From the IMG/VR virus record IMGVR_UViG_3300045988_107526, positions 1 through 64,000 of that record: a DNA stretch of 64,000 nucleotides. One strand, given 5' to 3'. Numbering within the stretch: position 1 is the first letter of the stretch; each line of letters starts with the position of its first letter. Both the position numbers and the translations under genes were made by a program. This document shows positions 12,001 to 17,859 of this stretch, piece after piece. The notes beneath the pieces were generated by a model. The model saw only the letters and a program-made list of their open reading frames with translations, was not told where the DNA came from and made no database searches. The stretch comes from a virus.

Positions 12001-13119
12001 CTTGTGAAGAACTTGAAGAATCATCCTGTAGGTACTTCTATCAATATGCTTGCCATTCCTTTTGCCCTAGGTGCTCTGGCTGCACTTGGAAACAATGTGC
12101 TGATTGCGAGTGAGGATGAGAAGGATAGAAAGGGCGTGAAGGATCCATACGGAGAGTTGCCTGACTACGTGAGAAGAAACAATCTCTGTATCTACAAGGG
12201 AGGTGGCGAGTTCGTAACTATTCCGCTTGCCATCGAATTGAGAGCCTTCTATGGATTGGGAGACTTGGCGGCTGGATTGACTTTCTCGCCTAACGTTAGC
12301 GGACAGAAGAATCCTGCCTTGGATGCCGTGGGATGTATGTCGCAGCTTGTGCCGGTGATGGACTATCTCGGCAACTCTTCGGCTGGCAAGGAGCCATTGA
12401 ACGAGACGATCAAGGCTTTCTCTCCTTCTGCCCTATCTCCTTTCGTGGAATGGGAGTTAAATACCGACTGGAAGGGTGCGCCGATTGAAAGACGTGGTGA
12501 CTGGAATGAAAATTCCCCTGCTTGGCAAAGAGCCTACAAGGGTGTGCCTGACGGATATATGGCTGTGAATAAGTTTGTGAATGCGCAGACGAATGATGTA
12601 GCCAAGGGTAATGAGGATATGCTTGGTAATAGTTTCCTGGATATGGTAACGAACCCTAGTATGCTAAATCATTACATCGGTGGTCTTGGCGGTGGTGCTG
12701 CTACCTTTACAGAGCGAGCTATTGGTGTTATTAAACACGGAGGCGACACAGAAACCAAGGATATTCCTTTCCTTCGCTCCCTACTCTATACGCCAAGTGA
12801 GCAGAGCAGCTTGCAGCGAACAAAGAGCAAGTGGTATAACTACAAGGACGAAATGGAAAAGACCATGGCAAACGTGGACCGACTGAAATCGAAGAACGTT
12901 CCGATTGATAAGAGAATCACGAATATCGGTGAGTATTTCCATTTTCAAAACTCCAAGGAGGCTGCCAAGGTGAGAGTAATCGAGCTGGCAGAGAAACAGA
13001 TGAATCGATGGAAGAAAATGAGGGACAAGGCTAGCGATACCGAATCTATTAACTTCGCCAACCAGAATATTGACAGGATCATGATGGATGCGGTGGATGA
13101 ACTAGATAGATTGGAATAA
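1..13119 (+). CDS. Giant polyvalent protein, 5' partial (at least 4372 aa): N6-adenine MTase + Strawberry-notch/SNF2-like helicase + two zincin-like motifs + C-terminal hydrophobic segments
   Basis: One uninterrupted ORF (track 46..13119). The same frame has no stop back to nt 1, so the true start lies outside the window. Motifs read directly: LEPSAGNG, NPPFG, GDMTGIGKGR, DESH, QMRGRIDRTGQ, HEMIH, HEVVGH. Confidence 0.85.
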   Translation, partial: TLVDKGIIGQNEVAQMMDSPERLSAQGREYVKNLLLGSIFKPETIRMLGIDSTVKNKAINAIRSVMDNMKLGEFSLRDEIDQAIQLLYEARQGGNKVDTLLRTPDMFGEDAAKRYSSISQMMALALEGKVSDFRDLLDEYNRIAKARNTGEGSIFEEAPTKEELVKEFLDFKKWQDYGTGHSENEGVNDVSGVEEPKQEASGGNEPSEAGEGRVKSDLDRITETDEEFEVEGKYGTIYKKKYLIDGDKEVMKVDEPNKNGDYTGSYYEYNGKKYGDLRGVFEHLDDKPDTGSEEMPEGPIYDRKKALIDEINESDIKKKDDAFQLLYKAEDLLDDYLGIPHDEWKPEPSRSNTISGILSMARNVLDRIKNEPVEPATEKQLSYLERLTSDDPTTRKLLEGVKLNKKQATWLIGNIKGLNDNLMRLHPDDIAETEKFIHDGIEYMKKLNGETSDEGGLPLLPREEKPDHQFNPIEAAAAEFKKEHPLTEDEIMNADVDELSKDMALDYLNGEVTDDLHRAIYESIYAKRKGLKAEPKVDTPKTEPSADPMEGIKNAAEGFEKEKKTKAETEKKPQQTADDAAVAASNKKVNGLWKELMNAGKDEMSASFIGLNSKQLEVLPKLVSAMAENAYLRIKRGMHNLEDVVKEMRKEFAPAAKIFKKEDVDAIYEQMMNIRYRDGEQRMSLKEWADYYEKTSPKHQENLVGDSKTAEERKQAEKKFIDTVNIKLAFKDKFNGIVELRKIAERVGLKDIKDTDLQELAETAIVKCARGIASSNATDNEGKFKRILNLYENQPSLNQRDSERVMKQQYSTPAPYAFLADMYVKGNGKVIESALEPSAGNGMLTIGLPMDKVHVNDIDAQRLANLRRQGFKNVTSQDGTQPFADKDVDVVVTNPPFGSATPKEYDGYKISSLEGQMAINALESMKDDGRAAIIIGGKTEYAKNGSLNPKDKAFLGYLYSHYNVEDVINVDGSLYAKQGTSYPTRIILINGRRLNENAFPPVKDKARAETVKDYDELYKRIEDDILRGERMDSSIGRETRSAQPEPDKQGAAGTPKERVRAGERGGSKPNGEREPDLFDSTSVSGTHDDLENQRGTEPRQDGGLPNGDSRTDGTGAEPSPSKEPTTGTNEQRGNGSGGAGRNDAQPSTDESTNAGSGIGPRGQLQRVDKSVRGLSTEKVTYTPKSGNPFTLKAVMPADQQDAVNKNLEKLGDADQFLVDELGYNDKDDLYSHLAAEQVDSVALALQQAKKGNAFIIGDMTGIGKGRQAASLIRYAKKQGQVPVYFTKTAGLLSDVYRDLVDIGSPDLRPFVFGSAKEAAITDSDGKVVFALPSKSEVKRVLDYIEKNGKLPDEYDYVLTTYSQVSNGVYEFDENGARKEKKLAKGKTFGAAALSGQRRRDAIEKLMDNAYLILDESHTAGGNSGQGNYFQHIIQKAKNVTFFSATFAKRPDNMPIYALRTAMNEGGMKSSDLIDAVKRGGATLQEIMSQTLTQCGQMIRRERDMTGVTIDWKAIDDPERVQEQREQYDSIIGLFNDIINFQKKYVTDYVDKRNDELAEIQASIGIKKGTAALGIKNQPFASKAFNTVQQVLLSLKAKSAAERAIDYLKQGMKPVIALNNTNESQTGNLALGEEMDAPDLGTSLKKGLEGTLRYTQKDAKDNSESGYIKLSDLGDEAVEAYHELEKKIEQTSTGLSLSPIDVIKNELQKAGYKVGELTGRQTEFVYNENGTVTKVKRADTDKKKLARDFNDGKIDALILNKSAATGISLHASSKYKDQKKRVMIVAQQQLDVNDEVQMRGRIDRTGQVARGAYEYVVSLIPAEQRLLMMFKAKLKSLDANTTSSQKSKFNEMEVSDITNKYGDKVVREYMAEHLDLYARMADPFGWEKTHGDDLSRIDPQTLVASGSGVGDGEAGADASKLLGRMALLRVSEQEKMLQEIGELYANEIQRLNEMGENDLEITELPLKAKTLHKEVWKQGAEPGGDNAFADNTYIEKVNMAILKKPMKASEVKASQEGLTGGKTWDEYKTEKKAAVKEYFDQKIADETQKYEERAVKAATKAKEKYIKDAKKGQKDSGMSDEQIEKMAGYQYENIYKQEKDKLNDVEKNLKAKAEMFERVLDTFDTNGAFVLPMDMNNPNELSGFGNSYGRLIDIKITDNYSPNASSVSFATLDGRRKITFPIAGKVGSGENKVDIIGSIDRMTKQAAGMGDSHLRVLNQNFDNWDRLTSNESRKNGYIVTGNLMQALVDSKDQGLGGQLVKYTTDTGEVKTGILMPDRFDPKGLTTDAPINSVTEKFELSSWHGGIDEVTSSDGEVKVKRIDNNRGNFYELRVPKSKAKGGKYFMDEDLLKLVNGNNFETRGNNMLAEFKPEQLKPVLDRLSKMGVKVQEERKTSEDEGTHFREDRGLQYSKTDTKDVKNSRIIPEDVDKNVSSQIEKKFDSAIEDIVEYAEDRDKSRLVDDAGYAVEEFSNLGRSVIEYYKNDYERKVEKLSGQHTGGHLGGTNDGKGNRGSYLLQYYKTILAVADRELAYRDARAKNLRETLGLHPGGTFTLGAVERIFKETNRDKEKAKLFQRVLDINKRLGVSIKVSAESPKKRSGEADIYRNIDLYIDGLTKTKAPDYAAPTVMLHEMIHEVTMGAINLVKKGKAEGMLTHKQIEGVKTILEIYDKVKDDKERFKEEPYGLTDAYELTAQMADSRQRKAMDLSIWDRVMNAAHEFARRGDRSILQRVKDAIKKLFEVSDKDKMDKAINDIMDDFNETIDDISMNEIEQDGFSYKVTDKDELDRLNNEKTFRMYSGMQEVDGKLYSPMAAIIDGKRTDATEIGAWMGADERPDLVKNGKFQLVKTDKNPGAGEGPVPAAYNPYMHTSTSVMNDQFSGAYARGNIKVVEWEIPESEKTSGYHAEGAKNSVGLVPWTSGTVNSLLPKDRQRSVMLSRWRKAVRILPDEEVAEKIADQLRGTGLAIPWNVVTPNQLRELVKLGVPITTVEQGRQNPETKEKFLKQMAELEQEFPQAKFVNVKMTKDAYKEWGKNGGTKFRTDYGESNYPTSSVENHVENVAQKTGAKVNMVSSVDEITNKAARAAIEEGRKITGWYDEKTGEVHLYMPNIHDRYTAEKTIWHEVVGHKGMRELFGDERFDKFLREVWYDLDKPENAALKKLVDEERKFNPLNIYDAIEEGIARLAEDGKGEPGFWNGIKNKVSDFLHEIGYRIAPNTKDVKYLLWLSKNLQKNPNDPYWKLRAEAVKYRLDHERMPAVVAHDGMFYGNDGKVRSMDNLTKAEWNEATDGEIHFRTTPSAGTALDRYHSSLDEHGYMFTESYMDNMLSLKKLMNAIVPDKKIEDIASSENPYMLQNTMQGAMSDAAQMFERNVMKPLDKAMADVLDAFDGKKDDEKIRNFNLYMITKHGLERNRILYVRDALMYMRMNEKTKKLADTIEFDWNNEKATLDEKLERGDIDLKTYYERMDDFIRTYVDSDNKFDAGEHDYSGIHAIQEVAKSSDPYDDAEAIASVMDSEAKMESIKKGSVKDYWDKVKAATQYSIDSDYKNGLISRELYGHVSDMFNWYVPLRKYDEATAEDTYGYITEQGDPKSYIGSTIMRARGHKYLSETNVLAQIGAMGNRAIKNGGMNAIRQAFARFVRNNSNNNLVTETRVWYADDPITHTTVERYPDIPEDATADEINQIVADFNMEMKDLESKGLATKVYRRGRIGYKFQRAENKSQHIVDVKIAGRTHTFIINGNPRAAQALNGLLENSGAKGIMKPLSSISRMMAQLCTSYNPEFVMRNIMRDAEFASSNVTSKEGARYGALWAKYYAQLGLYKGASNISFKDFSGTTGLGLFAKYRNGTLDTSDKVQRYFKEFMENGGETGWVQIKNMKDWTKEYKKDVKSERSKIDKGGAALRDFFFGNLANINEVAENIARFATYCASRDSNRSIIRSVYDAKEVSTNFNRHGSGDAIKSFKNGEMSWAEEKRRWAYGFSASYLRHCSMFFNAGIQSTNLLVKNLKNHPVGTSINMLAIPFALGALAALGNNVLIASEDEKDRKGVKDPYGELPDYVRRNNLCIYKGGGEFVTIPLAIELRAFYGLGDLAAGLTFSPNVSGQKNPALDAVGCMSQLVPVMDYLGNSSAGKEPLNETIKAFSPSALSPFVEWELNTDWKGAPIERRGDWNENSPAWQRAYKGVPDGYMAVNKFVNAQTNDVAKGNEDMLGNSFLDMVTNPSMLNHYIGGLGGGAATFTERAIGVIKHGGDTETKDIPFLRSLLYTPSEQSSLQRTKSKWYNYKDEMEKTMANVDRLKSKNVPIDKRITNIGEYFHFQNSKEAAKVRVIELAEKQMNRWKKMRDKASDTESINFANQNIDRIMMDAVDELDRLE
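2506..2694 (+). other. N6-adenine DNA methyltransferase motif block inside the giant ORF
   Basis: Motif I-like LEPSAGNG (2506-2526) followed about 55 aa later by the motif IV NPPFG tetrad (2680-2694). This order is typical of gamma-class amino-MTases. Confidence 0.75.
3079..3520 (+). other. Low-complexity G/E/R/P/T/N-rich linker between the MTase and helicase modules
   Basis: Translation RGERMDSSIGRETRS...GSGGAGRNDAQPSTDESTNAGSGIGPRGQ has no hydrophobic core pattern. It looks like a disordered spacer. Confidence 0.6.
3769..5418 (+). other. Strawberry-notch/SNF2-type helicase core inside the giant ORF
   Basis: Motif I GDMTGIGKGR (3769-3798), motif II DESH (4240-4251), motif VI QMRGRIDRTGQ (5386-5418). 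The G-x-GKGR P-loop is characteristic of Sno-type ATPases that occur fused to MTases. Confidence 0.7.
7888..7902 (+). other. HEXXH zincin-like motif 1 (HEMIH) in the giant ORF
   Basis: Context TVMLHEMIHEVTMGA, read codon by codon. Confidence 0.5.
9364..9381 (+). other. Second metallopeptidase-like motif (HEVVGH) in the giant ORF
   Basis: Context KTIWHEVVGHKGMRELFG. The spacing is H-E-x-x-x-H, not canonical HEXXH. Confidence 0.35.
12040..12285 (+). other. Two hydrophobic, TM-like segments near the C-terminus of the giant ORF
   Basis: INMLAIPFALGALAALGNNVLIA (12040-12108) and FVTIPLAIELRAFYGLGDLAAGLTF (12211-12285). Confidence 0.5.
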
Positions 13120-13129
13120 TATGAAATGA

Positions 13130-13159
13130 GGAGTGGGCGATGTGCTCACTCCCCTTTTT
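13130..13159 (+). terminator. Rho-independent terminator after the giant ORF
   Basis: GGAGTGGGC-gatgt-GCTCACTCC (9 bp, one G-U pair) followed by CCTTTTT. It lies between convergent genes. Confidence 0.7.
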
Positions 13160-14534
13160 AGCTAAATTTGAGATAACCTTCTTTTATATCTCTGTCACCT
13201 TTTACCACCTCTAGAACAAAACCATTATAAACCATTTCATCAAGGCTCTTATTGATAGCTTTTGCTATGCCTTTATCAATAATCACTTTATCGAATGGTT
13301 TTTGTATTTTTAATTTATCTTTGATTACATTCATTCTTTTTAGATGCAATATTCTTTTCGTTATTAACTGTCCAGTATTCTTTTCTATTAAATTCACCAA
13401 TATCGTGTCTTCGTTAGAGTTTGCCCAGCTTTCAAGATTCAAATGTATATCTTTGATACTCAAAGGAACTGCAAATCGCAACTTGGAAAATTCAAAAACC
13501 AAGAAGTATGCAAAGTCATAATGATACATATATAATATGACGCTATCTTTCCCGAAAGCCTCCCTTTCTTCATACGTAATATCGTCAAAATAAGCCATCA
13601 CGTAAAAGCTCCCTTTTGTATAAAATACGTTTGCGGTATCTACTGTATTGCTAATAATATTGGTTTTGAATGTTGCGTATTTTCTGCTATCTTTAGAATT
13701 TACAAAGTGTAAATGTTTTTTGCTATCAACAAAATCAAACCATTCCTGTAAGTCTCCAACTCTATCAATAGCAAATCGTATAGACGCTTTAGTTTCTAGG
13801 CTATTTAAACCGAATTTTTCAACTGCATTAAGAATCATATTATAGAATTCCGTAAACCTCCTATAGTCTAAATAAGAAATGTTCAGTAAATCAGCTTGCT
13901 TTGCATCATCGCTTTTCCCTCCATACTTATGAATACGATGCCTTTCAAAACGTATCTTTTCTTTTAGGAATTTAATTCTTTCTTCTGCAAATAAAGTTTC
14001 CCATTCGCTTAGGGTGCGAGTTACACCTTTATCTATGTAATCCATATCAGGAATAGCCTTTAATAGTAAACTAACATTGCTAGAAGATTGCTCATTCAAA
14101 TTAAAGTCTGAGTACCGATAATCTTTTATTGCCTCTGATAGGTTCATTCGGCTTAATCGCAAAAATACCTGTCCCGATGATATTCGTATTGACCTAGCCA
14201 TTAACTTCTTTTGTTTTCTAGTCATTTTACCGAAACGAAAATGAGATAAAAGATCCTTATCTTCATCTGTCGGCTTCCACTTTATGTACATATCCTTTAT
14301 TGAAGACATACACATAATAATAACAAGAATAGCTACAGAGATTACGAAAGTACACAGTTCTGTATGTTCTTGAAATATATCTAATAATCTCATATCTCCA
14401 AAACAGATTGAAATAATAGTAGTAAGAATAACGAGAATAAACAAAATAAATATATACCAATATAGGAATCCTATAATGGTCATCATGAATCTAAAGAACT
14501 TGTTGTCCCATACCCAATCGTTGTTGTATCCCAT
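13158..14534 (-). CDS. Hypothetical membrane protein (N-terminal TM helices plus a domain of about 370 aa); AT-rich moron
   Basis: 458-aa ORF. TM-like FFRFMMTIIGFLYWYIFILFILVILTTIISICF and CTFVISVAILVIIMCMSSI. Visibly lower GC than its neighbours, opposite strand to both neighbours, and its own -7 box. Confidence 0.7.
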   Translation of the reverse strand: MGYNNDWVWDNKFFRFMMTIIGFLYWYIFILFILVILTTIISICFGDMRLLDIFQEHTELCTFVISVAILVIIMCMSSIKDMYIKWKPTDEDKDLLSHFRFGKMTRKQKKLMARSIRISSGQVFLRLSRMNLSEAIKDYRYSDFNLNEQSSSNVSLLLKAIPDMDYIDKGVTRTLSEWETLFAEERIKFLKEKIRFERHRIHKYGGKSDDAKQADLLNISYLDYRRFTEFYNMILNAVEKFGLNSLETKASIRFAIDRVGDLQEWFDFVDSKKHLHFVNSKDSRKYATFKTNIISNTVDTANVFYTKGSFYVMAYFDDITYEEREAFGKDSVILYMYHYDFAYFLVFEFSKLRFAVPLSIKDIHLNLESWANSNEDTILVNLIEKNTGQLITKRILHLKRMNVIKDKLKIQKPFDKVIIDKGIAKAINKSLDEMVYNGFVLEVVKGDRDIKEGYLKFS

Positions 14535-14557
14535 ATTTGTTAAGCGTTATTTTCTTG

Positions 14558-14565
14558 CAAAAGTA
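14558..14565 (-). promoter_or_regulatory. Bacteroidota-type -7 box TACTTTTG (minus strand)
   Basis: Plus strand reads caaaagta, 24 nt upstream of the ATG at 14534. It matches TAnnTTTG. Confidence 0.5.
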
Positions 14566-14732
14566 GTGAAAATATTGATAGGTTGTATCGGTTTGATGGC
14601 GATTTCTGCACAGTTTAGATTTTTGCTAAATAAATGAGTAAAAGTTGACTCAGCATAAAATGCTGAGGAACAGTGGCTTTAGTGGCAAATAATTTATTTT
14701 GAGCATAGTTAGGCAGAGCCTCGTCTTCTTCG

Positions 14733-14740
14733 TAACTTTG
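14733..14740 (+). promoter_or_regulatory. Bacteroidota-type -7 box TAACTTTG
   Basis: Matches TAnnTTTG, 43 nt upstream of the ATG at 14783. Confidence 0.5.
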
Positions 14741-14782
14741 CACCAAGTTCAATAGTGAACGAAACGAATAAACTAATTTATT

Positions 14783-15733
14783 ATGTCAGAATCTAAGACA
14801 TACATCTTTGGTGAAAACCAAAACGGAGGTTCAAACGGAATGCTTGGACTTCTTGCTCCTCTGCTCCAGAAGCAGGGTGTAGATCCAAATGTGCTTCTCG
14901 CTATGAAGGGCAACAATGGCTTCGGCGGTGAAGGTGGTTGGTTCATGTGGGTTATCTTCCTCTTCTTCCTTATGGGTTGGGGCGGTAATGGCTGGGGTGG
15001 CTTCGGCAATAACGGTCGTGGCGGTCTTGCTAACGAGATTAACAATGACTACGGTCGTGGTCTCTTGATGGATGCCATCGGTGGAAACCGTAATGCGCTC
15101 AGCAATTTGGCTACTCAGCTCAACTGTACCGAAGGTCAGATTCAGAATGCCATTTCTGCCTTGACTTCTCAGGTTCAGAGTGTAGGTAATCAGGTTGGTA
15201 TGAGTGGCATGCAGACCATCAATGCTTTGCAGCAGGGTAACATGCAGATTGCTCAGCAGATTGCAAACTGCTGCTGCGAGAACCGCTTGGCTATCTGCCA
15301 GCAGACTGGTACCTTACAGAATGCCATCAACAACGTGGCTGTAGGTCAGGAGCGTGGCTTCTCTAACGTAGCTTACGAAACCCAGCGCCAGACTTGCGAT
15401 TTGCATAACGCCATCAAGGAAAGCACTCAGACCATCGTTGACGGTCAGAAGCAGGCTGAGATGCGCGAAATGCAGAACAAGATTGATTCTCTGCGTGAGG
15501 AGAACAGTACCTTCAAGGCTTCTGCAATGACTTCTCAGATTGTTGGTCAGGCGGTAGCTCCTATCAATGCGGTATTGGCTGGTCTGCAGAACGAGGTAGC
15601 TGGCATCAAATGTAAGCTGCCGGAGACAGTAACTACTCCTTACAGCCCCTTTACAGCGGTTCCTAACTGCGTGGCCTATCAAGCAGGTTTGTATGGTTTG
15701 AATGCTGCCAACAATGCAGGATTCTGGGGTTAA
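14783..15733 (+). CDS. Hypothetical Gly/Trp-rich membrane-anchored protein with a Gln/Asn-rich coiled-coil region
   Basis: 316-aa ORF. GGEGGWFMWVIFLFFLMGWGGNGWGGFGNNGRGG, then heptad-like Q/N-rich sequence containing a CCC triplet. Confidence 0.7.
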   Translation: MSESKTYIFGENQNGGSNGMLGLLAPLLQKQGVDPNVLLAMKGNNGFGGEGGWFMWVIFLFFLMGWGGNGWGGFGNNGRGGLANEINNDYGRGLLMDAIGGNRNALSNLATQLNCTEGQIQNAISALTSQVQSVGNQVGMSGMQTINALQQGNMQIAQQIANCCCENRLAICQQTGTLQNAINNVAVGQERGFSNVAYETQRQTCDLHNAIKESTQTIVDGQKQAEMREMQNKIDSLREENSTFKASAMTSQIVGQAVAPINAVLAGLQNEVAGIKCKLPETVTTPYSPFTAVPNCVAYQAGLYGLNAANNAGFWG

Positions 15734-15748
15734 AGAAAGGAGGCTGCT

Positions 15749-16093
15749 ATGTTATGGTTAAGACCTTTTACTTGGGTGAATCGTAACGGTTCGGCGGCTA
15801 TCGCTTCTACTGGCGTGAAGGTGAATACTGCCGATGTGGTGTTCACCTTTAAAAACCACGCCTTCGTGAATGCCAGCTACAGAGGAACGATTTTCGTAAA
15901 TCTGCGTCAGGCTATTCCGACTGGAACGACTGGTACGCTGCCTATCCTTTTCGAGACCAACGGCGTAACCCAAGCCGTAACCAAATTCAATGGTGAAGCA
16001 TTAACGGTTGCAGACGTGCCGGGAACTGGAGTTGTTCAGCTCTGGTTTGAGAGAGACACTAACACCCTTCAGCTGATGACGGGTATTGTTTAA
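15749..16093 (+). CDS. Hypothetical protein
   Basis: 114-aa ORF 16 nt after the upstream stop, preceded by AAGGAGG, in the same operon. Confidence 0.6.
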   Translation: MLWLRPFTWVNRNGSAAIASTGVKVNTADVVFTFKNHAFVNASYRGTIFVNLRQAIPTGTTGTLPILFETNGVTQAVTKFNGEALTVADVPGTGVVQLWFERDTNTLQLMTGIV

Positions 16094-16123
16094 CAAACAG
16101 AATAGATAATAGGAGATTACATT

Positions 16124-16624
16124 ATGTTTCAAGGTTTAAGATCAAATTCTTTATTCTATGTCCTAGATAAGGGCGAAAACCCGAACTTGCAGATTGGTCA
16201 GGTTGTTTCGGTAAGCAATCCTCAGACGAAATACCCTACCTTCAACAATGGCTTCACGCCTCAGCCTATGGAAACTGTGGTTGATGTGAAGGTGAAGCTG
16301 AACGATGAGGAGGTGGATTTCAAGCAGTTACCTGCAAACGGGCAGATAGCCAACGACAAGAACCTTGTGGTCAGCGACAACAAGGAAGCCATGAGTGCGG
16401 AGGTCGATGCGATGTTGAGACAATCCAAGGCGATACTGGAGAGCGTAGATTACCATGAGAGAGTCGTTAAATCTTGTGAGGGAATGCTACTGCAGCTCAA
16501 CCCCCAGATAGCCAAGGAGAAGGAACAGGCTGAGAAGATTTCCAAGCTGGAAGGTAAGGTTTCTGGCATGGAGGGCAAGCTTGACAGGATGATGGGATTG
16601 CTCGAACAGGCGATAAACAAGTAA
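16124..16624 (+). CDS. Hypothetical protein with a C-terminal coiled coil
   Basis: 166-aa ORF in the operon. C-terminus is KEKEQAEKISKLEGKVSGMEGKLDRMMGLLEQ. Confidence 0.6.
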   Translation: MFQGLRSNSLFYVLDKGENPNLQIGQVVSVSNPQTKYPTFNNGFTPQPMETVVDVKVKLNDEEVDFKQLPANGQIANDKNLVVSDNKEAMSAEVDAMLRQSKAILESVDYHERVVKSCEGMLLQLNPQIAKEKEQAEKISKLEGKVSGMEGKLDRMMGLLEQAINK

Positions 16625-16658
16625 TCTCCTATCTATTCACTTTAAAAATCTTAGAATT

Positions 16659-16934
16659 ATGATAATGGTTGAGATTACAGAAGACAAGTTTGATGGCTTG
16701 TATGAGAACGTGGAGAAGGGCTTGCGCTACTTTGGCAAGGCTATGAGCTGCCTTGATGAAATGAAGCGTGAAGGTAGACGTGAACGATACGGCGAGCGCA
16801 ACCGCATGCCCGATTACAGAGGTCGTGGAGGCAGAAGTGGTATGCGAGAGCATGAAGAGTATGACGACATGCGCCAACGTGACGACAGAGAACGTGGAGA
16901 ACGTGATTATCGAAGCTACGGCGACGAGTATTAA
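16659..16934 (+). CDS. Hypothetical highly charged (R/E/D/G-rich) small protein
   Basis: 91-aa ORF with tail RRERYGERNRMPDYRGRGGRSGMREHEEYDDMRQRDDRERGERDYRSYGDEY. A strong terminator follows. Confidence 0.5.
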   Translation: MIMVEITEDKFDGLYENVEKGLRYFGKAMSCLDEMKREGRRERYGERNRMPDYRGRGGRSGMREHEEYDDMRQRDDRERGERDYRSYGDEY

Positions 16935-16942
16935 CTAACTTG

Positions 16943-16983
16943 GGGTTTGGTAGTGAAACAGATTTCGTTACCAAACCCTTTTT
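16943..16983 (+). terminator. Rho-independent terminator
   Basis: GGGTTTGGTA...TACCAAACCC (10-bp stem) followed by TTTTT. Confidence 0.8.
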
Positions 16984-16998
16984 AATATCAGAAAGATT

Positions 16999-17412
16999 AT
17001 GGAAAGAAAATACAGACAATCTTTGAACGCCTACGATTATCAGCCGGAAGAAATGAGGGCATACCTGAGATACAATGGCTGGCACTTTAATAAGAAAATG
17101 TGTGAGTGGGCAGTAAAGCAGATGCGGAAGAATGGTAAGCCTATCCGCATGATGAGCAAGGATGATATTGAGGACATTCTGAAGAAGAACGATATTGTGT
17201 TAGATAATAATGTAGGCTATGATGCAGTTTATATCGCGCACATGTGTCTGGCAGACTTCTACGGCTCGTCTATCACAGAAGAAAAGCAGATGGCCCAGTT
17301 CATAAAAGACTACGTAGATGATGAGGATCAGCAGGACGGTTTCATCTTCAACCGATTCTATGCAGACACATCTTTCAATGGTGTGGGTATTCCTTGGGAA
17401 GAGATATTGTAG
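16999..17412 (+). CDS. Hypothetical protein
   Basis: 137-aa ORF. No motif recognised. Confidence 0.6.
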   Translation: MERKYRQSLNAYDYQPEEMRAYLRYNGWHFNKKMCEWAVKQMRKNGKPIRMMSKDDIEDILKKNDIVLDNNVGYDAVYIAHMCLADFYGSSITEEKQMAQFIKDYVDDEDQQDGFIFNRFYADTSFNGVGIPWEEIL

Positions 17413-17442
17413 TTTATAGTTGATAGTTTAAAGTTTATAGTT

Positions 17443-17823
17443 TTGACTGAGCAGGAGATTTACTTAGAAAGGTTTGATTGGACCGTACATGTAATGTACG
17501 ATGTTCACTCAAAGGATGCCATGAAGGTAAGAAGGTATCTTCGGGATTTGGGATGCGCCGGCATTCCTCTCGAAGATGCCTGTAATCTCGTGCTCGAAGG
17601 TGAAGCCAATAAAGGGATAACCTATTCCAATGTTGATATAAGAAAAACGGTGGTAGTAATCGGCTGGACCACTTCTAAAGCAGAATACATGAACAGCCTC
17701 AGCCACGAAATGCTGCATGTGGTTCAGCATATATCCGAGCAGTTCTTGATAAATATGTATGGAGAGGAGGCTTGCTACTTGCTTGGTGGATTGGTGCAGG
17801 CTTGCTGCATAAGAAAAGGGTGA
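17443..17823 (+). CDS. Hypothetical small zincin-like protein (HEMLH)
   Basis: 126-aa ORF with a TTG start in the track. HEXXH motif SLSHEMLHVVQH at 17704-17718. Confidence 0.5.
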   Translation: MTEQEIYLERFDWTVHVMYDVHSKDAMKVRRYLRDLGCAGIPLEDACNLVLEGEANKGITYSNVDIRKTVVVIGWTTSKAEYMNSLSHEMLHVVQHISEQFLINMYGEEACYLLGGLVQACCIRKG

Positions 17824-17859
17824 ATCTTTCGACTCACCCTTCTTCTTTATCTATACGGT

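Noticed and set aside
528-12886. More than 25 ORFs of 60-335 aa inside the giant gene, on the opposite strand or in alternative frames (for example 5758-6636, 9214-10221, 11470-12024).
   Set aside because: They are shadow ORFs of a long, purine-rich coding frame. Their composition is low-complexity or Ser/Leu-rich, they have no start context, and all lie entirely within a frame that carries strong enzyme motifs.
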